From positions 75,611 through 139,610 of the IMG/VR virus record IMGVR_UViG_3300033512_000218: a stretch of DNA of 64,000 bases; one strand, 5' to 3'. Positions 40,625 to 51,197 of this stretch are shown one piece after another. Under the pieces are notes generated by a model. That model made no database searches and was not told the origin of the DNA. It was given only the letters and a program-made list of their open reading frames with translations. The DNA comes from a virus. A program made the translations under genes and the position numbers. Numbering within the stretch: the first letter of the stretch is position 1; each line of letters opens with the position of its first letter.

Positions 40625-42016
40625 ATGAATAAAAAACTACAATCAATACCATATCCAGAATATACAACTATTAATAGAGATTTATTAACAAATGTAATAA
40701 ATGGATATAAAATAAAAAATACAACTACTTCTACGTATCAAATGTGGACAGGTAGTTCTTGGATTAACATTCTAATCGACCAATCTTTAACTAATGGTAA
40801 AACTTGGGTAGGTGATAGTAGTAATCTACCAAGTGAAAAAGATTATTATCAAATTCAATATTTCGATGCTACTGTTGGAACAGGTGGAGATTATCCGATT
40901 TTAGGTGATTTAATTACAGGTATAACAGCAGGTAAACGTAAATTCAAAGCTATAGGAAATATAGCAAGTACAGGAGGAAGTGATATTACTCTAACAACTG
41001 GACAAAGTATATTTATTGATTTAAGTATTTATACTTTAGATATGGGTAGTTTTAATTTTGATGTTCAACAAGGAGCTTCGTTAGAAGTAACTGGTAATTA
41101 TAATAATGCTTCTCCTTATGTTAATAGAGGGAAGATTGCATTTGCTTATAATAGTTCAAAAGGATTGTTTGGAAGTACGGGAGGAAATGACAATGTAAAA
41201 GTCGATAATATTATCATAGATAATAATTCAACAGCAAATAGTTGTTATATATCCCAAAAAGGGTATTTTTCAAATATTGTAATTGAACTACCTAATTATA
41301 CTAATGGAGCTTTTTATATGTTTAAAGGAAAAGTAAGAGATGCCGAAATAATCGGGGGTGGTTCTAATTGTTCGATGATTTTTTACGATAACTCCACCAT
41401 ATCCAATTTTGAAAAAAATACAATTGAAAATATAAAATTTTCAGGAATATTTGCGACAAATAGCATATTAGTATATATTTATGCAATGTCAAATGTCATA
41501 TATGTATCGAATAGTTACGCCCAATTTATTGGTACTTCTATTGATGGATTAATAGATTCTACATCAAAAGTAACTATTAGAGGCTTATTTTCATTTATTT
41601 CAGATTCTACAATTGGAAATATCAGTATGAACGGTGCGGATTATGGAAAAATAAATGATTGTATTATAAATAATACAACTATAGTTCCCGAAAGTGGTAG
41701 CACTGCATATAAATTAGCACTTACGGGTTGTCGTTTTCCTTTATTAACCACAATAACAAATCCTGCAAAATTTTATAATTGTATTTTTGAAAAGGCAATA
41801 AGTTGTACAGGTAATTTATTTGTTTTTGAAAATTGTATTTTTTTAAATTCTTTAATTATTAATGGAGATAATGGAAAATTAACTGGAAATAAAGTAACAG
41901 GTACAACAACCATATCAGCAGGTTCAGAAAATAATATCATAACAGGAAATCATTTTGACGGTGGATTTACTGATAGTTCAGGATTAACAAACAATGAAAT
42001 AAATAATAACATATAA
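40625..42016 (+). CDS. Tail spike/fibre protein, right-handed beta-helix-like
   Basis: ATVGTGGDY, FYNCIF, FENCIF, NNIITGNHF. Confidence 0.7.
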   Translation: MNKKLQSIPYPEYTTINRDLLTNVINGYKIKNTTTSTYQMWTGSSWINILIDQSLTNGKTWVGDSSNLPSEKDYYQIQYFDATVGTGGDYPILGDLITGITAGKRKFKAIGNIASTGGSDITLTTGQSIFIDLSIYTLDMGSFNFDVQQGASLEVTGNYNNASPYVNRGKIAFAYNSSKGLFGSTGGNDNVKVDNIIIDNNSTANSCYISQKGYFSNIVIELPNYTNGAFYMFKGKVRDAEIIGGGSNCSMIFYDNSTISNFEKNTIENIKFSGIFATNSILVYIYAMSNVIYVSNSYAQFIGTSIDGLIDSTSKVTIRGLFSFISDSTIGNISMNGADYGKINDCIINNTTIVPESGSTAYKLALTGCRFPLLTTITNPAKFYNCIFEKAISCTGNLFVFENCIFLNSLIINGDNGKLTGNKVTGTTTISAGSENNIITGNHFDGGFTDSSGLTNNEINNNI

Positions 42017-42030
42017 AAAAATAAAAAATT

Positions 42031-42606
42031 ATGCAATTAAATAATAAACAAACAGGTGAAATAATTAAAATTTCTAAAATTAAAGACAGTGCAACTTATT
42101 ACAAAGTTTATGAAAATAAACATTGTCTTGATAATGATTTATATGCAATTGATAAAAGTACCGATAAACGTGATACAAGTTATATTCCAAGTATTCCAAT
42201 GTGTGAAGATAATTTAAATCTATATACATCATTATTAAAAGTATTAGAAGTAGAAACAGAGTTTGAATTATCAGAAGATAATCAAAACTGGTTAGTTGAA
42301 GATAAAAATAAAACAATTTTTGTATTGAATGATTTCCTTACTACAAAAATGCTTACTGATATTGATTTTAAAGGAGTTATAGATAGAATAATTGATAAAA
42401 ATAATGACCCATTATTATCGAAAATTATTTTTAAAGGATTAAATACAACAATAGTATATGTTAATAGTGTTGAGGAAGAAGACTTACCAATAGTATATCC
42501 ATATATAATTAGTGGTGATTTAATAATAGAAGATAAAATAATAAATATGGAATTATCATCAAATGATTCTATCATAAGTGAAAACTTAAAATTAGAAATA
42601 AAATAA
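42031..42606 (+). CDS. Hypothetical late protein
   Basis: 191 aa in fibre operon. Confidence 0.65.
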   Translation: MQLNNKQTGEIIKISKIKDSATYYKVYENKHCLDNDLYAIDKSTDKRDTSYIPSIPMCEDNLNLYTSLLKVLEVETEFELSEDNQNWLVEDKNKTIFVLNDFLTTKMLTDIDFKGVIDRIIDKNNDPLLSKIIFKGLNTTIVYVNSVEEEDLPIVYPYIISGDLIIEDKIINMELSSNDSIISENLKLEIK

Positions 42607-42607
42607 T

Positions 42608-43306
42608 ATGGGACTAAATACAACTAATAATAGCAATCAACAAACAATTGGATTATATACTTACCAAAGTAGTACCGTTGGAGATGCTGTAAATGATACA
42701 AGATTTTATACTAATACTGGAATTATTTATTTTGAAAAATGTACAGTATTAAATGCTACAAAAGGAGCAGGAACTTGGGTTCAAACTATATCGCTGGATT
42801 CAACTAATATTAATATTGCTGGAACAGTAAATAATATTAAATGTTATGAAGCAATAATTAATCAAACATTAAGTAATGAAGTTAATTCGGGTAGTTTGAC
42901 AATAAGTAAAAACTACTTAATTAAAACAAATACAACTGGAGATTTTACAAATACAGGAGCTTTAGATAATAATCCAGGAACTCAATTTATTGCAACTGGA
43001 ATAACACCTACATCATGGGGAGATGGAGTTTTAGTGGATACACCTGAACCTACTGCTATTATTTGGAATAATAGTTTAGGAGAAAATTTAACTTATACAT
43101 TTGATAGTAGTACCCAATATTCAATTATCGGGAGTATAAATTTGTTTTTAAATGCTAAAACTTTTATTTTAGCTAATTCACCTTCTTATGATATTAATGT
43201 TATAAATGCTGGAGAGGTAAATAATAATATATTATATATACAAAATCCAAACGAATCAAGTTTAGCAACAAGTCCTTTATATCTTTCAATTAAAATAAAA
43301 CCTTAA
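42608..43306 (+). CDS. Virion structural/fibre-associated protein
   Basis: GDFTNTGA.DN.PGTQFIATG motif. Confidence 0.6.
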   Translation: MGLNTTNNSNQQTIGLYTYQSSTVGDAVNDTRFYTNTGIIYFEKCTVLNATKGAGTWVQTISLDSTNINIAGTVNNIKCYEAIINQTLSNEVNSGSLTISKNYLIKTNTTGDFTNTGALDNNPGTQFIATGITPTSWGDGVLVDTPEPTAIIWNNSLGENLTYTFDSSTQYSIIGSINLFLNAKTFILANSPSYDINVINAGEVNNNILYIQNPNESSLATSPLYLSIKIKP

Positions 43307-43320
43307 AATAAATAAAAAAT

Positions 43321-43764
43321 ATGATTATGAAATTTTATTCGATTTTAGAAATTATATCTGCTATAATACTACTTATTATATTATTTCCAATAGGAGTAAT
43401 ATATTCATTATTAATTCAACCTTTTATTCATTTTAAAAAATATAATGTATTTAAATACTTATACAATTTCATTTATCAAATTATATATGTAATATTTGAT
43501 ACTTTTCATCAAGTAGCAATTTATATAGATATAATTGGAAATATTGTAATTGGTGATTTAATGGAAATTTGTGTATTAAAAGATAAAAATATAATTGATA
43601 CATGGTTTGGAAAGAAAGAACATACAATATCTCAATCTTTAGGTGAATTAGAAATAAATGGAAAATTAAATAAATTCGGAATATTTATAACTAAATTGGC
43701 ATCCAAAGTATTTGAAGATAACCATTGTATAAATGCATATAATCATTATATAAATAAAAAATAA
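43321..43764 (+). CDS. Membrane protein (lysis-associated?)
   Basis: N-terminal TMs; D..GN, FG...TISQSLG, DNHC. Confidence 0.6.
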   Translation: MIMKFYSILEIISAIILLIILFPIGVIYSLLIQPFIHFKKYNVFKYLYNFIYQIIYVIFDTFHQVAIYIDIIGNIVIGDLMEICVLKDKNIIDTWFGKKEHTISQSLGELEINGKLNKFGIFITKLASKVFEDNHCINAYNHYINKK

Positions 43765-43765
43765 T

Positions 43766-44320
43766 ATGAACTCATTATTAGATAAGGCAGTTGAAATAGC
43801 GACATTTATCCATAGAAATCAAAAAAGAAGAAGTGGAGAACAATATATAATTCATCCTATTACAGTAATGAATTTAGTTAAAAAATTAGGAGGGAATGAG
43901 GTCCAACAAATAATAGCTATTTTACATGATACATTAGAAGATGTTGAAAAAAATAATAGTGGAGTAACATATCAAAAATTAAAACATATATTAAATAGAA
44001 CATTTGGGAATACTATAACAAAAGCAATAGAAAAATTAAATCTTGAAACATCAACAAATAAACAAAAATATTCAATTGAAGATATTAAAAAAATAGCACA
44101 AAGAAATAATTATGATTATACTGATGAACAGTTTATAATAAAAGTAACAAAATATATAAATTCAATTTATTCTATAATAAATGATAAATTATTAAGTAAA
44201 ATTAAAATAGCTGATATAATAAGTAATTTAATTGACAATCCTACTAAACAACAAAAACAAAAATACTGTACTTCATTACAAGTTTTAGGTAAAAATAGTA
44301 TAAGTGATAAATATTGTTAA
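43766..44320 (+). CDS. HD-domain (p)ppGpp hydrolase-like (RelA/SpoT/Mesh1 type)
   Basis: A...H..Q.RRSGEQYIIHP..V, AILHDTLED, KIADIISNL. Confidence 0.88.
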   Translation: MNSLLDKAVEIATFIHRNQKRRSGEQYIIHPITVMNLVKKLGGNEVQQIIAILHDTLEDVEKNNSGVTYQKLKHILNRTFGNTITKAIEKLNLETSTNKQKYSIEDIKKIAQRNNYDYTDEQFIIKVTKYINSIYSIINDKLLSKIKIADIISNLIDNPTKQQKQKYCTSLQVLGKNSISDKYC

Positions 44321-44323
44321 AAT

Positions 44324-44357
44324 AAAAAAGCTATAAATTTTCATTATAGCTTTTTTT
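44324..44357. terminator. Terminator hairpin
   Basis: AAAAAGCTATAA-loop-TTATAGCTTTTT. Confidence 0.75.
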
Positions 44358-44507
44358 ATGTTTTCTTTTTTTGTTTAACAAGTAATCCTTTTGTTTATTC
44401 TTATGACTACCTGTTTTAAATCGCCCTAATTCTTTAAGTCCGTTATGAAAGCCATTTAATTCAGCTTTTATTTGGTCTTCCTTTGTTATTTTATTTTTAG
44501 GTTTCAT
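44331..44507 (-). CDS. Small basic protein (58 aa, not in ORF track)
   Basis: Only ORF downstream of promoter copy 10; MKPKNKITKEDQ...GSHKNKQKDYLLNKKRKHKK. Confidence 0.6.
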   Translation of the reverse strand: MKPKNKITKEDQIKAELNGFHNGLKELGRFKTGSHKNKQKDYLLNKKRKHKKSYNENL

Positions 44508-44535
44508 TAGTTTTTTAATTGTTAATAATTATAGT

Positions 44536-44593
44536 ACAAATATAAACTATTTTTTAAATAAATACAAGTACTATTATGTTAATAAATGTTAAA
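44536..44593 (-). promoter_or_regulatory. Repeated early promoter cassette (copy 10)
   Basis: Reverse complement; -7 box TATATTTG. Confidence 0.8.
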
Positions 44594-44595
44594 TA

Positions 44596-44603
44596 GTATT
44601 TAT
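44596..44603 (+). promoter_or_regulatory. Putative late promoter GTATTTAT, back-to-back with early cassette
   Basis: 32 nt before ATG 44628. Confidence 0.7.
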
Positions 44604-44627
44604 ATAAAATAATATAAAAATTAAAAT

Positions 44628-45868
44628 ATGCCTTCAAGAAGTAAAAAACAATATAGATTTATGCAAACTGTTAAAGCATATAAATCAGGTAAAACAAAAG
44701 ATGTATCAAAAGAAATAAAAAAAGCATCGGATAGTATGTCGACAAAACAAATCGATGATTATTTAAAAAGTGATTATTCTAAATTAGAAGAGAATATTAT
44801 AAATGAATTCCAAGAAGATTTAGGTAAAAGATGTATAGTATTATCAGGACTTCCAGCATCTGGTAAATCCACATTTATAAAAACGGAAATAAATAAATAT
44901 ATTCAAGGATTTTCAAATTATAAAGTATCAAATAGTGATGCACAAGTAAAAGCATTACAATATACAACAGCAAGAAATCATTTTGATAATCTTATTAAAC
45001 AAACAAATAAAACCAATGATATTAATAAAGTAATATTTAATTTTAAATCTAAATCTATTTATAAAAATAATAGAGGAAATATGATTGAACATCCTATTAC
45101 AGTTGAATGGTGGGAAGAAAATAAAGATAAAGGATTAGATATATTTTGGAAAACATTTTATAAACATTATTATGCTACTTATTTTGATATTAGAGATTTA
45201 GCAAAAGAAATAGATAAACAATTATTTAATACTAAAATAGTAAAAGCAGGAGATATATTAGTTATTGATACAGTTGGTGCAAAACCAGATGCTTTAATGC
45301 CACGTTTAGAAAAATTAAAAAATAATAATTATACAAATATAATTATTTATTTAGAAATATCACCGAACTTTGTATAGTACGAGATAAATATAGAGAAGAA
45401 ACTGAAGGAAGAGGAGTAGGAGAAAATGTAATTTTCGATTATGCCTCAAAATTAGAAAGTGCTATTGAGTTTTATAAAAAAGATGGAATAAGTGAAACTG
45501 GAATAATTGATAGATTAATACATTTTAAATGGGTTCCTTCAGGAGATAGTCCTGTAAAAGGAACATACGTATTAGTTAAAGATTATAGATTTAGTATTAT
45601 AAAAAAGAAGAAAAAAATAAAAGAAGATTTAATTCCTGGAGGAAAAGGAGATAAAACAGATATTAATAAATTAGATAGAAAACAATTATTGATTGGTATA
45701 AAAGTTGAAATGGAACATACTGATGATATTAAGAAAGCAGTAGAAATAGCGAAAGACCATTTAACCGAAGTTCCAAATTATTATACTATTTTAATTAATT
45801 CAGGATTAGTAGATGAAAAGGAAGCAATAAATTTATATAATAAATATTATAAAAATGTTAGAGTATAA
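44628..45868 (+). pseudogene. Modular protein: basic N-module + P-loop kinase + DUF5661-like module; frameshift ~45366
   Basis: GLPASGKST, ILVIDT; after the shift LCIVRD..R and GIKVEMEHTDD...EIAKDHL.E.PNYY. Confidence 0.7.
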
Positions 45869-46715
45869 ACTAAATTACAAGATTGTATTTATATCATTTG
45901 TAATGATGTTAATAGTATTAACAGTAATGTTTATATTATGTAAATTAACCAATATAATGATACCGTATATTCATATAAATAAATATGTTATATATTTTAT
46001 TGTATTCATATTATTGATAGGATTACATTTTTACTTTGTTAATCTACTAATAAAACATTTTAAAATAATACATCAAAATGAAATAAATAAAAGTTTACTA
46101 CATAATATAAAAACAGTAACTCATGATTTTAAATCTCCAATAAAAACATTAAATGGATTAGTATATTTATTAGATAATAAAATAAAAAATGTATCGGATA
46201 TAAAAATAAATGAATATACATTAAAAATAAATGAAGTGTTACAATATATGAATGATATATTAGAAACAAATAAACAATTATATTTAAATCATACAAGAAA
46301 ACAAACAACCCAAATAAGTATAAAAATATTATTGGAAAATATAATTGATATAATTAGTTTTGATATGAAAAATGTAAATATTATCATAAAAGATGATATA
46401 ACAATTAATACAAATACTTATTTACTATCAAGAATTATTCAAAATATATTGGTCAATATTGTACAACATAATAAACAACTTAATACAATTATAATAAATA
46501 CATATAATAAAGAAAATACAGGTTATATTAATTTTGAATATAAATCATTATCAAATATAAAAGATTTAAAGTATAAATATGATAAAAATAAAAATGGATT
46601 AGGATTACGTATAATAAAAGAACTATTAAATCATATAAACGGTAAATTAGTATTTAAACAAATAAATGATGTGTTTAATTTAACAGTTAGTTTTGAGAAC
46701 AATTTAAATTTATAA
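45855..46715 (+). CDS. Sensor histidine kinase-like protein (degenerate ATP lid)
   Basis: Two TMs; H-box VTHDFKSPI; N-box IIQNILVNIVQH; G2 NGLGLRII; no DxGxG. Confidence 0.8.
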   Translation: MLEYKLNYKIVFISFVMMLIVLTVMFILCKLTNIMIPYIHINKYVIYFIVFILLIGLHFYFVNLLIKHFKIIHQNEINKSLLHNIKTVTHDFKSPIKTLNGLVYLLDNKIKNVSDIKINEYTLKINEVLQYMNDILETNKQLYLNHTRKQTTQISIKILLENIIDIISFDMKNVNIIIKDDITINTNTYLLSRIIQNILVNIVQHNKQLNTIIINTYNKENTGYINFEYKSLSNIKDLKYKYDKNKNGLGLRIIKELLNHINGKLVFKQINDVFNLTVSFENNLNL

Positions 46716-46727
46716 AAAATATTTATA

Positions 46728-46735
46728 GTATTTAT
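46728..46735 (+). promoter_or_regulatory. Putative late promoter GTATTTAT
   Basis: Upstream of tail sheath. Confidence 0.7.
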
Positions 46736-46769
46736 ATAAAAAATATAAACAATAAAAAATAAAATAACT

Positions 46770-49142
46770 ATGATAACAGAAATGCTAAGTGCAGGTGTAT
46801 ATCAACCAGAACAAGATTTATCATACTTGCCACGAATTTCGGAACAAGATGGAGCTGTTGTAATTGGACCTACTGAATGGGGTGAAGCATATATACCAAC
46901 AAATATCAAAAGTATAACTGAATTTAATACAAAATTTGGTTATAGTAATACTAAAACTTATGTACCTCAAACAGTATATAATTATATGAAATATGGTAAT
47001 ATAATGACCATTGTTAGAACAATGAGTGAAACAGGATATAAACATGATGAAGCAACATGTTTATCATTTACAACTCAAGACGGAGAACAAAGTATTATAG
47101 CAACTTTACATCATGCTCAAGGTTCAACAAAAACATTAGGAGATATTGCTAAAATTACATTAACTATTACTCCTGATTTATATTCAACTCATGTATATAC
47201 TGCAACAGTAACAGTTACAGATGATATTACTACATTAACTGAATCTTATGAATTTTCATTAGTAAGTACTGATTCAAACTATATTTCAAAAGTATTTAGT
47301 ACAAGTTCAGAAACAACAAAATTAGTATACTTATATAATATTTATAATGAAAAAATAAGTGAATTAATTGATTATGTTACTACAGAAGGATACACTTATA
47401 CATTGGATATATTTTCATTTGATTTGAATTTTACAAATAGACCATATGAAAATGCTTCCACTCCTTGGATTATATCACAATACACAAATAATTTAAAAGA
47501 GTACGAACAATTATTTAAAGTAAAAACATTTTCACAAGGAAATAATGTAAATAAAAAAGTAAAAATATCAATTGAAAATGTTAAATATTCTACTGAAGTA
47601 CCAAATAGTGATTATGGAACATTTAATTTATTAGTACGTGATTTTAATGATACAGATACTCGACCTATTATATTAGAAAAATATAATGCTTTAACTTTAA
47701 ATCCCAACGATGCTAATTATATATCAAGAGTAATAGGAGATGAATATAGAACTATTGTAAGCAATAAAGTAAAAGTAAATGGTAATTATAAAAATACAAG
47801 TGATTATATATACATTGAAGTAAATGAAACTATTGAAACAGGTTCAATGCCTAAACATCTTGTACCATTTGGATTTGAACGTATTTCTGTTCCATATATT
47901 GATAGTACAATTAATAAATCATTTCCAATAACAACATTTATATTAGAACAAGATAATGCTGGATTATATGATAGTAGAATATATCATGGATTAGATTTTA
48001 ATTCTACTGATAATGTTGCACAATTAATGCAAATAGCAACTTCTAATGGAACTAATACATTAAATAATATTAATACTACATTTAATTTAGGTGATTGTAC
48101 AATCCATATAAATGCTCCAGAAGACGAAGGAGATAGTGTTGCAGAAAGTGATTTATTAAGTGCAAGAAAATTTTCTATTCCTTTACAAGGTGGGTTTGAT
48201 GGTGAAGATACTGCTTTATATAAAGCCGTTGGTTCTGATATTACAAGTTCTAATTTATATGGATATGATTTTAGTACCGCTATTTCAAACGGAACTGAAA
48301 TGTATAAAAAAGCATTTATAATTTTATCAAATAAAAATTCATACGATTTTAATCTAATATTAACTCCTGGAACAATATATCGTTTACATACTCCAGTTAT
48401 AACAAGTGGTATTAATTTGTGTGAAGGTAGAGGAGATGTATTATATGTATTTGATATTGGTACATTGGATGATAGTGTATCAACTGCTGTAAATACAACT
48501 GATTCTTTAGATACAAATTATGGAGCAACTTATTTTCCATGGGGTAAAATTTTAGATACTGATATAAATCGTTTTACTTGGGTTCCTACATCTGTATTTG
48601 TACCACAAGCTATAGCATTTAATGATAAAATAGGATATGAATGGAATGCACCAGCAGGATTAAATAGAGCTATTTTAGATAATGTACTTGATGTTAGAAT
48701 TCCACTTGACGAAACTGATACTGACGATTTATATGTAGCAAGAGTTAATCCAATTGCATCATTTAAAGAAGGTATTACAGTATGGGGACAAAAAACATTA
48801 CAACAAAAAGCAAGTGCATTGGATAGAATAAATGTTAGACGCCTATTAATAAGATTGAAAAAATATACAAATTCACAAGTTAAATATTCTGTATTTGAAC
48901 AAAATACAAGTATTACAAGAAATGGTATTATAAATATTCTAAGTCCTTACTTGGATAGAATTCAACAAAAAGGCGGATTATATGGATATAAAATTGTTAT
49001 TAATGAACAAACAAATACAAATGAAGTTATTGATAGAAATCAATTAAAAGGTATAATTGCAATTAAACCTACAAAAACTGCTGAATTTATTGAACTTACA
49101 TGGAGTATTGTTGGAACTGATTTCGATTTTAATAACATTTAA
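46770..49142 (+). CDS. Contractile tail sheath protein (gp18-like)
   Basis: SAGVY..E.D, WNAPAGLNR, VNPI, VWGQKTL, LDRINVRRLL, IKPTKTAEFI. Confidence 0.96.
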   Translation: MITEMLSAGVYQPEQDLSYLPRISEQDGAVVIGPTEWGEAYIPTNIKSITEFNTKFGYSNTKTYVPQTVYNYMKYGNIMTIVRTMSETGYKHDEATCLSFTTQDGEQSIIATLHHAQGSTKTLGDIAKITLTITPDLYSTHVYTATVTVTDDITTLTESYEFSLVSTDSNYISKVFSTSSETTKLVYLYNIYNEKISELIDYVTTEGYTYTLDIFSFDLNFTNRPYENASTPWIISQYTNNLKEYEQLFKVKTFSQGNNVNKKVKISIENVKYSTEVPNSDYGTFNLLVRDFNDTDTRPIILEKYNALTLNPNDANYISRVIGDEYRTIVSNKVKVNGNYKNTSDYIYIEVNETIETGSMPKHLVPFGFERISVPYIDSTINKSFPITTFILEQDNAGLYDSRIYHGLDFNSTDNVAQLMQIATSNGTNTLNNINTTFNLGDCTIHINAPEDEGDSVAESDLLSARKFSIPLQGGFDGEDTALYKAVGSDITSSNLYGYDFSTAISNGTEMYKKAFIILSNKNSYDFNLILTPGTIYRLHTPVITSGINLCEGRGDVLYVFDIGTLDDSVSTAVNTTDSLDTNYGATYFPWGKILDTDINRFTWVPTSVFVPQAIAFNDKIGYEWNAPAGLNRAILDNVLDVRIPLDETDTDDLYVARVNPIASFKEGITVWGQKTLQQKASALDRINVRRLLIRLKKYTNSQVKYSVFEQNTSITRNGIINILSPYLDRIQQKGGLYGYKIVINEQTNTNEVIDRNQLKGIIAIKPTKTAEFIELTWSIVGTDFDFNNI

Positions 49143-49151
49143 TAATAAAAT

Positions 49152-49180
49152 AAAAAAGAGATTATAAAATCTCTTTTTTT
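49152..49180 (+). terminator. Rho-independent terminator
   Basis: AAAAAAGAGATT-loop-AATCTCTTTTTT. Confidence 0.8.
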
Positions 49181-49199
49181 ATATAAAAATAATTAAAAC

Positions 49200-49556
49200 A
49201 TGACAAAATCAAATTTAAATTCATTAATACATAAAATATTAAATGAAGAACAAAAAAAGATACACAATACTTTTAAATTAACTCTTAATTTAAATCGTTC
49301 TTGGCTACATATAACATTTTTAAAAAAAGAATATATAAATGAAAATTTATATAATGTTACTGTTGAAATAGCCAATGGAAAAGATATTATGATTGAAGAA
49401 GGACAGTTGGTATATAATAAATTTAAATGGACTATTATATTTAAGAATATAGTATCAATTAAATCAATGTTCGATGAAAAAATTAAAAAAATAAGAAAAA
49501 TAGATTTTGATACAGCAAATAGTAAAGAAATAAATTATTTAATAATACGAGATTAA
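49200..49556 (+). CDS. Hypothetical protein with ..LNE leader
   Basis: MTKSNLNSLIHKILNEE. Confidence 0.65.
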   Translation: MTKSNLNSLIHKILNEEQKKIHNTFKLTLNLNRSWLHITFLKKEYINENLYNVTVEIANGKDIMIEEGQLVYNKFKWTIIFKNIVSIKSMFDEKIKKIRKIDFDTANSKEINYLIIRD

Positions 49557-50104
49557 TGATGAAAACACATATTTTAGAAAATATAATTATTAAAATTATA
49601 AAAAGAGTATTAACAGAAAACACAGAATTAAATACTAAATATGTATTTAATAATAAAGATAAGTTTGCAGAAATATTATTAAAAATTCCTGGAGTTAGAG
49701 ATTTTTATGCAGTTGAATTTAAGGATGGTAAAATAACAGATAATATTTTTATTCAATATTGGAATGCTAATGAAAAACAAAGAATGTATAAACCAATTAA
49801 TAAAAATGATATAAATCCTTCCCATTATAAAAAAATTATAAAACTTGCACAAGAAGAATATGATTCATATAATTATGAATACGAAAATATAACAAATTAT
49901 AAAGAAATAAATGATTTAACTGATATTAAACTTAATGATTATATACTGTTTGAAAAAAATGATAGTAACATGAAAAATGTGGGTAAAATAATAAGTATTA
50001 AAGGCAAAAATATTATTATTCAAACTGAATACATGGGACAACAAATGATGAAAATTAAATATAACTTAGACAATATAAATATTTTAAAAATTAAACGAAA
50101 ATAA
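49556..50104 (+). CDS. Hypothetical protein with ..LTE leader
   Basis: LENIIIKIIKRVLTE. Confidence 0.65.
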   Translation: MMKTHILENIIIKIIKRVLTENTELNTKYVFNNKDKFAEILLKIPGVRDFYAVEFKDGKITDNIFIQYWNANEKQRMYKPINKNDINPSHYKKIIKLAQEEYDSYNYEYENITNYKEINDLTDIKLNDYILFEKNDSNMKNVGKIISIKGKNIIIQTEYMGQQMMKIKYNLDNINILKIKRK

Positions 50105-50127
50105 GTACAGTAATGTACTTATTTTTT
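50101..50127. terminator. Terminator hairpin between convergent genes
   Basis: ATAAGTACA-gtaa-TGTACTTAT. Confidence 0.7.
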
Positions 50128-50128
50128 A

Positions 50129-50482
50129 TTAATATCTCTTTATTTGAGACGTATTGTAACTTGTTAAAATATTTAAAATATTGAGTTTATTTTTATCATT
50201 TTTAATTGAATATAATAATTCATATAAGTAAAAATAGTTATATTCACTATATTTAATAATATTCAATTCATATTTGGTTAAAATATCCTTTATTTTATTA
50301 GCAAACATACTATCCACATAATCCAATATTTTTTTAAATATATTATTATTTTTAATATCGTTTCTATGATGTTCAAATGAATACCATTTCCAATCATTTA
50401 ATTGTTCAATATCATTTAATTCTGTAGGTAATAATTCCTTTAATTTATTTAAACTTTCTTCTGTTTTTGCGTATATTTTCAT
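50129..50482 (-). CDS. Hypothetical protein
   Basis: 117 aa. Confidence 0.65.
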   Translation of the reverse strand: MKIYAKTEESLNKLKELLPTELNDIEQLNDWKWYSFEHHRNDIKNNNIFKKILDYVDSMFANKIKDILTKYELNIIKYSEYNYFYLYELLYSIKNDKNKLNILNILTSYNTSQIKRY

Positions 50483-51189
50483 ACTTTATTATTTATTATT
50501 AAATTATATAACGTTTCATTATCATAAAAATATGGTATATGATTACCTTGTATTGTTCCTGGAATAGGAATTAAATTATCTCCTCTTTTATCAACTCCAT
50601 ATATTTTGGACATGTCATTATAAAGAGTTTTCTTATATTTTAAATCTAATTTATCATTATCAATTAATACATGAAATCCATTATTTGTTATTAATATATT
50701 AATACACTCATGATTAACTATTTTATACACTTGTTTCATTGTATCAACTAAATTAACTTTATCAAAATCATAATCGAAATATTTCATTCTACTTATTGAT
50801 TTATGAATTTCATTTAAAACTTCAGAATGTGGATTATATCCATTATAAGGTTTAGTTATTAATTCAACAAATAATTTTAAACTGTTTTTTGTTGCTTTTT
50901 CTAAATCTCTTGGATTTGGAGTTATATATAATACCAATGATTCATTAGGAATATCATTGTCTCCATCTTTATACGAACCAATTTCACATTCAATTTGTTT
51001 TATTTTATTAAATAAAAATTGTTTGTTTGAAGTGAATCTTTTTAGTTGTATTTTATCTTTACTTAATATAGCACTATATTTATTTCTTGCTAATAATGAT
51101 ACATAATATTGTTCATTATCAGTTAAATCAGGCAACCAATCTATAAATTGTTTTAGAATGGTTTCATTTTGGATTATTTTATAATTCAT
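50479..51189 (-). CDS. Hypothetical protein, possible AEP primase-like fold
   Basis: FDYDFD, TNNGFHVL, IPIPGT. Confidence 0.5.
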   Translation of the reverse strand: MNYKIIQNETILKQFIDWLPDLTDNEQYYVSLLARNKYSAILSKDKIQLKRFTSNKQFLFNKIKQIECEIGSYKDGDNDIPNESLVLYITPNPRDLEKATKNSLKLFVELITKPYNGYNPHSEVLNEIHKSISRMKYFDYDFDKVNLVDTMKQVYKIVNHECINILITNNGFHVLIDNDKLDLKYKKTLYNDMSKIYGVDKRGDNLIPIPGTIQGNHIPYFYDNETLYNLIINNKV

Positions 51190-51197
51190 AATTCTGT

